A stretch of 64,000 nucleotides of DNA from Eledone cirrhosa (taxonomy: Eukaryota): assembly GCA_964016885.1 (NCBI GenBank), contig OZ024742.1, forward strand, positions 253,518,001 through 253,582,000, given 5' to 3'. Positions 38,578 through 51,663 of the stretch are shown here, piece after piece. How positions within the stretch are numbered: the first letter of the stretch is position 1; each line of letters begins with the position of its first letter. A program made the position numbers and the translations under genes. The notes under the pieces are model-generated. The model searched no databases. It was not told the origin of the DNA and worked only from the letters and a program-made list of their open reading frames with translations.

Positions 38578-39890
38578 TATATATATAACCAGCAATTTCT
38601 CTGTCTGTCTGTCCGACAGTGGAAACACGTGCGTAGAGAGAGAGTGAGAGTGAAAGAAAGAGACAGACTACGAGAGGGGGATAGCAGGAGGGAGAGAGGG
38701 AGAGAGAGAGAGTGAATAGACGCTAAAACACGTGCTATAGAAACATTACCTTCCCCTCTCCACTGACTTTGGTCACTGAGACCGAGGGAATCGCTGGTTG
38801 CTATAGAGACACCTTGCACAAGCCAGGAGTAACCAGTTCGAGGCGGTTCTGACTTGACACCATGTGGTTTGAAGAAGGTTGCCATTGAATTTATGGTTGT
38901 TGCTGCTGATAATAAGGACCATTTGAAGAAGGTTGTTGCTGATGAGGTAATTTATTAATCAGATTGCGCAGTTCCATAACCTATGTTTGATTTGTTCAAT
39001 TTTTTTCTTCAATTTTTTTTGTTGTTTTTTTTATTTCTTATTGAAAAAATATAAATAATAAAATAAGGTTAAAAATTTAAATACAATTAAATACGATTTA
39101 ATTTCCATTTCCAGCAGCCAATGTCCAGTGTTCAATTTCATGAAAAAATTAGAAATAATTCAAAAAATTGAAGTTTAACTTTTGAACATTTGTTTTGACA
39201 ATAAAAAAATATTTCCTTATTCACACCTAATGGTATGATTAAAATTTCATAGGAATATTTTTTTCTAACCGCCAGTTATTTAAATATTATTAAAAATAAA
39301 TTATTTTTAAAAAGAATGGAAGATTTTGTGGATTTTTTTTACCACCTTCCAAGACTTAAACACTAATTCTTGCGAATTTGTGTTTTGTAATGACCCTCAG
39401 GACGCTGCTATTGTTGATTCCAATAGTGCTTGGTATTCGAATATGTTAGTATACAATTTTTTGAATAAAATTAAGGTGCAATTAGAGCTGCCAAACAAAA
39501 TTTTTTTCGGCTTCGGCCCATATTATATATATATATAATGGGATGATGATGATGATATACATAGTTACATATGTATATGTAATCTCCTTATAATATATAA
39601 CCAGCAATTTCTCTGTCTGTCTGTCCGACAGTGGAAACACGTGCGCGCGTGCGAATGTTTTTTGCGCACGTGTAGAGAGAGAGTGAGAGTGAAAGAAAGA
39701 GACAGACTACGAGAGGGGGATAGCGGGAGGGAGAGAGGGAGAGAGAGAGAGAGTGAATAGACGCTAAAACACGTACGCGCGTGCAAATGTTTTTTGCGCA
39801 CGCGTAGATAGAGAGTGAGAGTGAAAGAAAGAGACAGACTACAAGAGGGGGATAGCGGGAGGGAGAGGGGGGGAATTGAGGAGTGCTACA
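38578..39890 (+). mobile_element. Two copies of a Helitron-like 5' segment (starting 38578 and ~39590)
   Basis: TATATAACCAGCAATTTCTCTGTCTGTCTGTCCGACAG plus GA-rich block duplicated. Confidence 0.5.
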
Positions 39891-40197
39891 GAAACATATA
39901 TACATTTCTGTGTGTGTGTAATATATATATATATACACACACAGAAATATATATATATACACACAGAAATATATATACATTTCTGTGTGTGTAATATATA
40001 TATATATACACACAGAAATATATATACATTTCTGTGTGTGTAATATATATATATACACACAGAAATATATATACATTTCTGTGTGTGTAATATATATATA
40101 TACACACAGAAATATATGTACATTTCTGTGTGTGTAATATATATATATATACACACAGAAATATATATACATTTCTGTGTGTGTAATATATATATAT
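39888..40197. repeat. Palindromic ~43-45-bp minisatellite (about 7 units)
   Basis: ACACACAGAAAT-ATATATAC-ATTTCTGTGTGT plus (TA)n. Confidence 0.9.
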
Positions 40198-40235
40198 ACT
40201 AGCAGAAAACCACCCGGTGGGTGGTTTTCTGCTAG

Positions 40236-41118
40236 TCTATATATATAAAACTGAGGATGTCTGTCTGTGTGTGTGTGTGAGTTTGAATCTCTAAAACTCG
40301 AGAACCACCCAACCGACTGTTTTCAAACTTTACACATGTAATACTTATGTTTCAGGGAATGTTCTGAGCAAAGAAAATTTTAAATTTTCAATGCCCTAGG
40401 GACCGCATTAGGCGATTTAGCGATTTCTCTCTATAATTCTTAGTTTTTCTTTTTTAGATAGATACATATAATGTCGCACCCTTATATCTGTCTGTATGTC
40501 TGGCTGTCTGCATTACGTTACTTCCCTGAGGATCTCTCTGTGTGTGTATGTCTGTGAGTTTGAATCCCTAAAACTCGAGAAGTACCCAACCGACTTTTTT
40601 CAAACTTTACATGTGTATTACTTATGTTGCAGGGAGTGTTATGCACATAAAAAATGTTGATCCCCTAGGGACTGCATTAGTTGAAAAACTGCATTTTTTC
40701 AGGTTTTTAGGGTTTTTTTGAGTCGTTACGTCTGACTGATTTCTTTGAAATTGTAACTATATATTAGTCAGTCTCTTCTTCATACTGTGAGCAAAGAAAA
40801 TCCAACTTTTTAGGTGAAAAACTTCATTTTTTTCAGCTTTTTAGGGCCTTTTTGAGGCGTTACATCTAGCCGATTTTCCTGAAATTTCAATGCACATAAA
40901 AAAAATTCATTTTCTTGATCCCCTTGATCCCGCATTAGGTGAAAACCTGCATTTTTCCTGCTTCATCAAGGAAAATCTTAAAGATTATCCAGCCATCAGA
41001 GTATTCGGTTTATTTTCTTTACATATTGTCTAGGCATGCAGTTTTTCCACGATTAGATCTGTTGGCGGCCCGCGTTCCAAAATACCTTATCCCGTGCAAC
41101 GCTGGGTACCACTGCTAG
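40236..41118 (+). mobile_element. Non-autonomous Helitron
   Basis: 5' TCTATATATATAAAA, (TGTC)n, 3' hairpin CCCGTGCAACGCTGGG, terminal CTAG followed by T. Confidence 0.8.
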
Positions 41119-41314
41119 TTAATGATATTATAAACATTTGAAACAGCTGTTTTATGATTTTTTGCTTAATCATGACAAGATATTAAGAATGAAATACAAT
41201 ACCAAGAAAAAGTTATATTTTGGTAGAAGACCAGTTATATAGAATAGCAATAATGACAAAAACAATATCACACTCTAAATACATTGTATTGCTTCCTTGT
41301 AGCTACAAGGGTAA

Positions 41315-41535
41315 CAACAACAGCATCACTACCAACAACAGCAATAACAACAACAGCATTAACAGCCACCATAACAATAACAACAACCACAAACAACAAC
41401 AAAACAAATAACAACAACTACAATAATAACAACCACAATAATAACAACCACAAGAGCAACCACAACAGTACAAATAATAACCACAATACTAACACAAATA
41501 ACAACAACAGCAACAGCAAGAACAACAATCCCAAA
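41315..41535. repeat. (AAC)n/(AAT)n degenerate microsatellite
   Basis: Direct observation. Confidence 0.9.
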
Positions 41536-41643
41536 AATAAAATGTTACATGAGAATATGAAGAATACATTTGTCATTCAAATCTGTTGAAACTTTCAGCA
41601 ACACCTAAGGGAGAAATCCTTCTGATTTTCATTTTATCGATTA

Positions 41644-42554
41644 CTAGCAGTAAAGCCCGGCGTTGCTCGGGGTCGCTCAGTAGCTGTGTTAAAGTTACAA
41701 TGTTAAGTTTCTTTCTTGGCTTAAAAACTGTAGTGTCTACTGTGCAGACTTGCATGTGGTGTTTTTGATTAATATTCCCTCAACCAACAATATGCCTTGT
41801 GAAGTTAAGAAAACATAACGATAACCCGAATGTTATAACAAAAGAGGATGCTGGGGATAGAAACTGCACTGGTTATTTATTAACAAAGATCGAAAATGTA
41901 AACACTGCAACGCAGAGAAAAACATTAGCGTAACCAAATTATCAGTTATGTCTGTTTGCACGCCTATATCACCTCTCTGCACGACTGTCTGTCTGCACGC
42001 CTAAATCACCTCTCTGCACGACTGTCTGTCTGCACGCGTATATCACCTCTCTGCACGACTGTCTGTCTGCACGACTGTCTGTCTGCACGCCTAACGACGA
42101 AATATTTGCTTGTTTTACGTAGTCTTTAAATAGACTTGTTTTCAAGTAAAAATATTGTTTTAAAATGCTTTTAAATGGAAATGAAGCAAAACGGAAGCTT
42201 AGTGTTCGAACTGATGAATTTTGCAGGTCAATATTTTGCTGGCTCGACAACTGTTCGTGTATTGTGTTAATGTCATTTTAAACGCTGAGAAAGCCAGCGT
42301 AATTTTTTACGTAAGACGCTCAATGTAAACAGAACAAAGGGAAATAACTGATAACTTACGCTCAAAAATCGATACATTATATTCGATTTCGTCACATAGG
42401 GTGGGTCAATTTGAAATATTTTTTTTCCGATGTCTTCGCTAGGGCTCAATGTACAAGTATAGCAATTTCGGTGCAATTCCGTGAGAGATTCTAAGAGGAG
42501 ATGTGTGTCAAAAATCGATAGACAGACAGACAACCACAGTTTTATATATATAGA
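41644..42554 (-). mobile_element. Non-autonomous Helitron with internal ~37-bp tandem repeats (41950-42093)
   Basis: Minus strand A|TCTATATATATAAAA start, hairpin CCCGAGCAACGCCGGG, CTAG|T end. Confidence 0.82.
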
Positions 42555-43204
42555 TTATTATTGTTGTTGTGTGAAATGGCCAGTCACACTTTGTGTAATA
42601 GTAATGCAGCTGCCTGGCATACCACTTCTTGAACACAGTTTATTCATTATGTAGGGGAGTAGATTGGTAGAATCGTCAGAGTGGCCATTGGATAAGATGC
42701 TTTGCCACATTTCTTCTGGATCTTTACATCCAGAGTTCAAATCTAGCTGAGGTCAACTTTGCCTTTCATTCTTCTGAAATTGATAAAATAAAGTACCAGA
42801 CAAATACTGGGTTGACATAATCGATTTTCCACTCTACATATATTACAGGCCTTGTACATAGATTAGAAATCTTCTTCATCTCCTCCTTCTTCTTCACTCA
42901 CTTATTCCTGAAAGGATTGTGGGAGCAGAGTCCTCAAACACTCCTTCTAGCGGGTCATGTTAGAAGCAACCATGTTAGAAGCAACTGATCTGACTGGATC
43001 CCCAAGCAAGACCAGCCAAGCTCATGGATGTTATTCAACCATCTTGCTCAGGGTCATTCGTTTTCTTACACTTCTTGAAACAAAATACTAATAAAGATAA
43101 ATAAAAACAATAAATTCTTCATTTATATAGTGATGATCATATATGGTTGTTGAGGTCAGGAACTGTGTTATCATCATATTTAGCAGTGGTGTTGCACTCG
43201 GAAT

Positions 43205-43500
43205 TAGCTGGACAGCTCACAGAACAAATGAATCTGTCCTGGAAGAGATTGGTGCTGCTTGACAGTTGGTTGAAACAGTAAGGAAAAGGAAACATCAGTA
43301 TTTTGGTCATGTCATCAGGGCCCAAAATTTGACTACTCACATCCTTGAGTGACAAATACAAGAGAAAAGGGCCAGGGGGCAGCAGAAAAGGAGATGGACA
43401 GATGATATTAAGGAATGGACAGGAAGGAGTTTAGTAGAATGTACAGTAATGGCAAGAGACAGGAAAATATGGAGAGTGCTGGTCGATAAGTCCATGAACC
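43205..43500 (+). pseudogene. RTE-type LINE 3' end fragment
   Basis: RKRKHQYFGHVIR..GQQKRRWTDDIKEWTG..MARDRKIWR. Confidence 0.75.
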
Positions 43501-44508
43501 CTGACCCTCAGATTAGCGGATGCTATGAGGCAGGCAGGTTGCAGAGTCAAGAACTAAGTCACCATCATATATGGGGGTGGTTGAGGTCAGGAATAGGCTC
43601 ACCATCACATGTTGTGGTGGTCAAGCACTGGGTCACTATCAAATGGGGTGGTGTTGGTAGGTGGGTGGGGGTGGGAAGTCAGGTACTGGATCACAATCTA
43701 ATGTGGTGGTGATGGTGGCGGTTAAGAACTGGGTTGCTGTCACATGTGCTGATGGAGTTCAGGGTCAGAAACTGGGTCACCATTTCATTTGGTTGTAATC
43801 AGGGTCAAAATTGAGTCACCATCACATGTAAGGGAGTGGTGGGCAGCAATTCATATTGGCTATTAGTACTTTGTTTATCAAGAAAGAATTCTTTGTATCA
43901 TACAAAAGTGAAAATGAGAGACAGATTCGACCAGCTATTTGTGTTAAGAATAATAATTGGCAAATAAAATTGTGATGATGTGAGAAACAATTATTACTTA
44001 AACCTTTAATACTTTTTACTGCTTTTAGTTCATTATATCAAAATCTGTACTTATTTTTTTAAGTGTCGCTCATATTTTATCATTCTCTTTTCTTTTGTTG
44101 AACTGCTCATTTACAAGACATTCACATGGACACAAATGTAAGCATAGACCCTAGCATACACATATACACATATAGGGCAAAGGGTAAAGACACACTTCTG
44201 TCATGAATGCCTATGGGATTTGCACCTAGAAAGTTGTCCTTCCAAGGCACATATCTGGGCAAAGTTGTTTGTGGAAGACTAGAAGTCACTCATGCATACC
44301 AATCTCCCTTCTCCACACAACCGATGTTGTCCAAAGGAGAGAGAAGCAATGACCAATACATCGCAACTCATTTCTACAGCTGAGTGAACTGGGGCAATGT
44401 AAAATAAAGTGTCTTGCTCAAGGACACAATGCATCTTCTGGTCCAGGAATTGAACTCACAACCTCACAATTGTAAGCCCAATGCTTTAACCCCTAAACCA
44501 CATGTCTT

Positions 44509-44541
<33 letters not shown>

Positions 44542-44829
44542 GTACGCACACACATACACATACATATTTATATATCATCCAACCGTTGCTAGGAGAGAGA
44601 ATGGAAGATAAATGATGTATATATATCATCATCATTACCATTTAACATCTATTTTCTATGCCTGCATGGTTACTATGACTGAATGTCCTTTCTAGTGCCA
44701 AACAATTCACAGCATGTGAATTGTTATGGTCATTTGCCTTGGGATGCACACATTGTAGATAAGTATAAAATTGTATATGTATGTGCTTCTTTGTGAGTTT
44801 TCTTTCTTTTTTTTTTTGGAACACATAAT

Positions 44830-45375
44830 AAATTCCACTGAAACTTTAGTATGAAATATAATTCCTTGCTTTGGTGTATTCTCATGAGGTTCTTTTGCAA
44901 AAAAGTGAAATGAGAACAGACCAGTGGATTAGTGGAGTATTGATGAGTGTGAGGAAGACAAACAAGGAATTGCAGTGCATGATGGGAATGGAACCACTGA
45001 TAAATGTTGTGAAGAGAAATAGAATGAGATGGTTGGGTCATGCGTTAGGGAAGGATGAAATTGACTGGATGTGAGGAATAGAAACACTGTTGAATATTGT
45101 AAAGAGAAATGGAATGAGATGGTTAGGTCATGTGTTGAGGTAGGATAAAAGAAACAAGATGTAAGTAATAGAACCACTGATGAATGCTGTGAAGAGAAAT
45201 GGAATGTGATTGAGTCATGCATTTAGAAATGATGAAAGTGAGTGGATGAGAGAAGTGATGGAAATGAATATGGAAGGAAGTGGAGAAAGAGGAAGACCAA
45301 GAAAGTCATGGCTAAAAATGATGAAGGAGGAAATGAAAGCTAAGGGGTTGGTGAGGTGGGATACAGATGAGGAAA
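44830..45375 (+). pseudogene. RTE-type LINE 3' fragment with triplicated RMRWLGH segment
   Basis: RNRMRWLGHA repeated three times, then ERGRPRKSW. Confidence 0.75.
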
Positions 45376-46958
45376 TTGAAAAAGGTTGTGATGGGGACTG
45401 CATAGTTAACTCCTACTTAAGCAGGGATAATCTTCTTAAAATTCTTATATTTTTTATGCATTCTCAATTCAATAGGAATGGTGATGAAGATGATGATGAT
45501 GTCTGTTTTAGTAATACAGCTAAATTCACTTTGTTACCTGTTGCAATTAACTCAGATGATCATAACAATGAAACAACTCAAAGTAAGCACACAACTGACA
45601 AGCTTATTGGAAATAAATCATGAGAATTATAAATAAGTTATATTAAATACATTTCATAATATTTTTATCAGTTAGAATTAGATAAGTTGAATAATACACA
45701 CACATATGTACACATACATTAACACACATATATGTACATTGATATAAACACACAAATACATATGTACTTAAACACACATATTCATACACACATACATAAA
45801 CCCACATACATATACACACATATATATACAGACTCATAGATAAATACACACATACATATACACACTCATTCATAAACACATACATACATAAACACACACA
45901 TACAGTCACTAAATCAGTCGCTAAATTACTATATTTTCATTTTCTTAGGTAGATATTCTGGATTTATTTATATTTCTTATTTCCTTTATTAAAATAGATA
46001 TTTTTTAAAAACTTTGATTCATATAATTATAATGGTAGTTAAATTGAAAATTATTGGGAAGAATAACAAAACTTGTATTTATGTTGAGAGTAATATAAAT
46101 ATCGATAATTTTGCTAAATTGCAGAAAAGCAATTACGATGTAGTCATGATGTATTTTCAGATGATAGTTATGGATGTTTAAATGTGTTTTCACCTGAGAA
46201 GTTCTTTCAAACTGTTGATGTTTTGCTTGCTATGAAATACACCAAGAATTATTTGCAAACTGTTTTCTCTAGCCTGTGGCATTCAAGACATTTTGGGGAA
46301 CCCATTGTTGTTATCTCACTTTACCAATGTATCAGGTGTTGTTTATGAGACTGTTTGGTTATTCTAGCACTTTGGCCATGCTATCACTCACAACAATGTT
46401 ACCTATCTGTTGGGTTGCCTAAAAAAATATTAGAAGTAAACTCCAGAGCTCCTTGTAGTATGTGATTGAGTGTGTGTTTTCTCACACTTAGGTTTTACCT
46501 CTTATTTTCTTAATGATTTGGGTGGAGCTCGTCAAATGGATCTGAGGAAACAATGTTTCCATTTGTCTTTCCAATTGCTAATACTATCTACTGGTCACAA
46601 ATCCAGACAGAAGGAGCAACCTGAAATAAAGTGCCTTGCTCAGGGACATAATGCATCATCCGGTCCAGGAATCGAACTCACAACCTCATGATTGTGAATC
46701 CAATTCGCTAGCCACTCAGCCATGCACCTTCACTTTCTTATATAAATTGTGTTGAATTATTTATATACATGCTATTTAAGTAAATAACTTAACAGGCATT
46801 TATAATTTCTTACTCCACTCAAAGTGCAATTTTCAAACAAAGTAGACAGACTTCACTTAAAAATAAAGTATAAATCCAATATCTATTGTGTAGTAGATTG
46901 TTCTACTATACAGCCAAGTCTTTTTTCTTACTGATTCAGTATTTGGGGACTATAGTAT

Positions 46959-49783
46959 TTTAGCAGGATGGTAGAATCAGTGGTCGCCACTTTAACAGGG
47001 TAGATGATTGATGGTCGTGAGTTGCCAGTGAGGTAAGTGATAGTATCCTCGTTGGATTATCTTGTTGACATAGACGTGAGGGAAGGTCCCTCGATCTATT
47101 TACCATCTATTTACAATATTCCTTTCGTCAGGTCGCCAATTCTAGCAGCATGGGTTATATATGTTATTGAGACACGAGTAACATAATAATGATTTCAACA
47201 GCAGTAATTAGAGATGAAATGTATGTTTATTTTTGATGTAGCACAAACAATGTTTGTTAACTTATATGGTTGAAGTTACAGATAAAAAAGAGGTTACAAA
47301 AGGGAATGTGCCATTGCGCCGTTAAGCCGGCGAGGCTAGGGTGCAAGATCTCACCATTACATTATGCGTGTTTCTGGCTTGAAGTTTCCGGTACAAGAGA
47401 AAGATTCTTCAAATCTCCACGGGGAATTTCTTTCCCAGGGCACGTAGGGATACATCCTCTTCTACTGGCGCTGATTGGCTGAACTGAGCCAAATCACGCA
47501 TAGAGAATGTATGTGAGCCCGCGGAATGTAGGTCACTACATCACCTCCGACCAGATTTTCAGCCGAAAATCGATAACGAAGAAACCAAGGACCCACATAT
47601 TATTGAATCAGCAAGAACAAATGGTGAAAGAGCACATCAGTGAACAAATAATTGAGCAGAAAGATTCATGCAAGAACAAAAAAAAATTAGGCGCGACGGG
47701 CCGTGTTGAGCCGCTGTCAAATGACTAGCTGTTTTGTAGTTTAAACGAGACCCTCAAGGGCCTACCAGAAAACAGATAAAGTCTGATATGGGCGAAGTTG
47801 CTGTTCTTGCATTAAATGTTAATGGTAAGCATTGTACCAGTAGCTGTGAACGAAGCTATTATGGTAGTTTACCAGTGCTGGCGAGAAAATGATGGCCCCC
47901 AGATATATTGTCGAATGTGCTGTGGAGCCAGGAAAAAATGGCTGGTTGCTTTGTAAAGAAAAAAAAAAGCAAGTTTAATCTGTAGGTGGGCTGCAGTGTA
48001 AATTCCATAATTCGGGCGAATCCACAGAAGTGGCCGAAATGCTGACAAGTCCAGTTCAATTTGTTGCTTTCCCAGCGAGTCGGGCAAAAACAACAAGATG
48101 GATGGCCGTCATGGACGATCAGTGTGCAACGAGATGCGAAGCTGTTTGAGTTCAGCTGCAATTAGTATTCTCGTGTTGCGGTGCCTGTTTGAATCCAGTG
48201 GATTAAGCTCTGTGAGCTGCTAGCATGTGACAGCATCTCAACCAGGTGAAAAGGGACTCGCAGAATATTACGTTTGAAGAACATATACCAAGAACAACAT
48301 GTTGGTGTGTGATAAAAAAAATGTGTGCATATGCAGGCATGTAATACAGCAAAGAATGTGAATGAACAAAAACCATTAGCAAGCAAATAGCAAAAGAGCA
48401 CAAAACAAGTAAATGCATTCTACAAAGAAATATGTGAATGTAAGAAACTGATAATTCAAAGTCAATCTAAGGGAGCAGAGAAATTGCTCAATAAGTTCAA
48501 AGTTTTTCAAAGTCAAATAGTTCACACATCACTAGTATCCAGACACTAGTTATATCTGAAAACTGAAAAAGAAGTTTGTTAATGCCGTTAGGGGTTAGAT
48601 GTATGGTGTTTTTGAGAGTTTTCGGGGCCATTCTACCGTCTTGTCACCTTGTGTGACATAAGGTTTTGTTGTTAAAGCAAAGTCAATGAATCTTCTGTAG
48701 AGTAGCAGTCAAGCGTTGAAGAACCCAGAGTCCAACATGGCAGCCACGTCTGACGCCATAATGGTGAGAAAACTACTGTCTCAATTTCTCGAGTCCCTGT
48801 GGTAACGAGACAGAAGGTATGGTGGTTGCGTCGGTAAAGTTACAAGCCGTTTTGCAATTTCCGATGTGTGGTGGTTTGCGTCGGTAAGGCTATGAAGCTG
48901 CCACTCACTATTCCCTGTTTTGGTCAGTGGCTAAACAATGTTGTCGCTGCTGCTGCTGTCGTTGTTGATCGTAGACAGAACTTGTCGGTAGCCATTTTGA
49001 AATTTCTTCGTGGCGAAAAGTTTTTGAAATACTGCCAATTTTTCAAAAATCTTAAAAGGAATATTTTTATTTTTCGCAAGTTGCGAAAAGGTTGGCAACG
49101 TGGCAATAAAAGTTCAACTGAATAAAAAAGAAGGGCTGCGTTAAATTCTTACGTCGGTCACCACTTTACCAGGATTGAAGTTGAATAGTCGTGGTCGCCA
49201 CTTTAGCAGGATGGTAGAATCAGTGGTTGCCACTTTAACAGGGTAGATGATTGATGGTCGTGAGTTGCCAGTGTGGTAAGTGATAGTATCCTCGTTGGAT
49301 TATCTTGTTGACATAGACGTGAGGGAAGGTCCCTCGATCTATTTACCATCTATTTACAATATTCCTTTCGTCAGGTCGCCAATTCCAGCAGCATGGGTTA
49401 TATATGTTATTGAGACACGAGTAACATAATAATGATTTCAACAGCAGTAATTAGAGATGAAATGTATGTTTATTTTTGATGTAGCACAAACAATGTTTGT
49501 TAACTTATATGGTTGAAGTTACAGATAAAAAAGAGGTTACAAAAGGGAATGTGCCATTGCGCCGTTAAGCTGGCGAGGCTAGGGTGCAAGATCTCACCAT
49601 TACATTATGCGTGTTGCTGGCTTGAAGTTTCCGGTACAAGAGAAAGATTCTTCAAATCTTCGCGGAGAATTTCTTTCCCAGGGCGCGTAGGGATACATCC
49701 TCTTCTACTGGCGCTGATTGGCTGAACTGAGCCAAATCACGCATAGAGAATGTATGTGAGCCCGCGGAATGTAGGTCACTACA
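46959..49783 (-). mobile_element. Non-autonomous Gypsy-type (CsRN1-like) LTR retrotransposon
   Basis: 582-bp LTRs 46959-47540 and 49202-49783 (about 9 differences by eye); 4-bp TSD GTAT; purine-rich GGTCGGAGGTGA before TGT; PBS motifs; decayed gag knuckle/protease (DNISGGHHFLASTG). Confidence 0.85.
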
Positions 49784-49811
49784 GTATCAATTTTAACTCC
49801 TTGAAGATAAT

Positions 49812-50087
49812 ATCTATTTAATGACCAACCCCATTAATTCCAACCTCATCAAAGTATTATATGTTTAATGGACAGCCCCATTAATTCCAGCCTTATCAGA
49901 GTTTTATATGTTTAATGGCCAACCCCATTAATTCAAACCTTATCAAAGTATTATATGTTTAATGGGAAATCCCATCAATTCCAATTTTATCAAAGTATTA
50001 TATGTTTAATGGCCAACCCCATTAATTCCAGCCCTATCAAAGTATTATATGTTTAACGACCAACCCCATTAATTCCAGCCTTATCAA
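49812..50087. repeat. 47-bp minisatellite, about 6 units
   Basis: TTATCAAAGTATTATATGTTTAATGGCCAACCCCATTAATTCCAGCC. Confidence 0.9.
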
Positions 50088-50267
50088 AAAATCTAAAAAT
50101 GATCGACTTTTACATGAGTATACATGGTGCATACTATATTCTTAATGAGACATAAGTGAATTAGCAGGACTAGATAAGAAACAAACAAGGAAAGAAATGC
50201 ACCTATTTAGATTACATGGCCTAAAAGTAGATATATCAAATGTACCAGAAAAAAGAATAGGTGTAGG

Positions 50268-50540
50268 TATATTATATTTACCAGAAAAACAGATATAGAC
50301 ATATAATATTTATCAGAAAAACAGATACAGATATATCATATTTATCAGAAAAGCAGATATATATAGTATATTAACCAGAAAAATAGTGATAGATATATTA
50401 TATTAACCAGAAAAACAGATATATTATATTTATCAGAGAAACAGATATTGATATAATATATTGACCAGAAAAACAGTTATAGATATATTATATTTACCAG
50501 AAAAAAACAGACATAGATATATTATATTTACCAGAAGAAT
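50268..50540. repeat. ~29-bp minisatellite, about 9 units
   Basis: ATATATTATATTTACCAGAAAAACAGATATAG. Confidence 0.88.
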
Positions 50541-50960
50541 CTCTATGGAACAAAAAAAAAACTAAAGTGTGATAATCAAATAAAATTCATAAAATTGATT
50601 GTGAATCACAAAATTGAAAGATGAGACAGAAAGAGGTTTGATAATTGCATTACAATTGTTTGAACAATTGGAAACACAAGCAATAGTATAGTAGCCACTA
50701 CAAAGTAATATAGAAACTACATAATATGATGTCTGTAGCCATACCAATAACTGATGTAGGTTAGTTGTTTTGACTGCAGACCTGTGGTATTGTTTCAAAA
50801 GATATGTTGGATTTTTAATTTGTTTTATGTGATATTGGTCTGACAGTGGGGTTTAATGTACATTTATGGATTGTCTTCCCTTGAGTTTGTAGGTAGCAAT
50901 TGGATTGATAAAGGTTGATATAGATTTCTTTACATTAAAAATAAGGTAATTGATGGCTTT

Positions 50961-50993
<33 letters not shown>

Positions 50994-51581
50994 ATTGTTT
51001 CTACTTTTGGCACAAGGCCAGCAATTATCCAGTACATTACTGGTACTTTATTTTATCAACTCTGTAAGGATGAAAAGCAAAGTTAATCTCGGCGGGATTT
51101 GTACTCTACCGATACTGCCAATTCACTATATATATATATAATGCAAGAAGCAAAGAAAATATGAATGATTCGAAAAGATTTCCTGGTTTAATTTCAGGTA
51201 AACTCTGGGTGTAGATCCAGTTTCAGAGTGAAAATCCAATTTGAAAATCCAACATAGTTACTTAACAGCATTATGTAAGTGTACCAGTTATATTTCATGC
51301 TAGGTGCAGGTTATTTTCTTGGAGATACTGTATTTTCATCAGATCTAAATGTTATGGTTTGAAACCAGCCAGTAGTCTTATGCAATATTGTATAATATTG
51401 TTATTAAATAACTTTATACTATGGACATGTGGTGCAAATGTCTCAGGAAAGAATCACTGGAAAGATTTTATGAACAAAACTAACTGGCAGAAGATTCAGG
51501 GTTAGACTGGATCAATTAGATAGGGTTGCTTCAGATAGGATCTGCAGGAAGGAGTAATTGAGGACTCAACAACTCTCCCAG

Positions 51582-51663
<82 letters not shown>

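Noticed and set aside
49151-49270. CRISPR-like repeat-spacer pattern
   Set aside because: Repeat is only about 13 bp, context is a eukaryotic LTR, no cas genes; better explained as PBS junctions
49812-50540. Regular repeats as a CRISPR array
   Set aside because: No unique spacers; plain minisatellites
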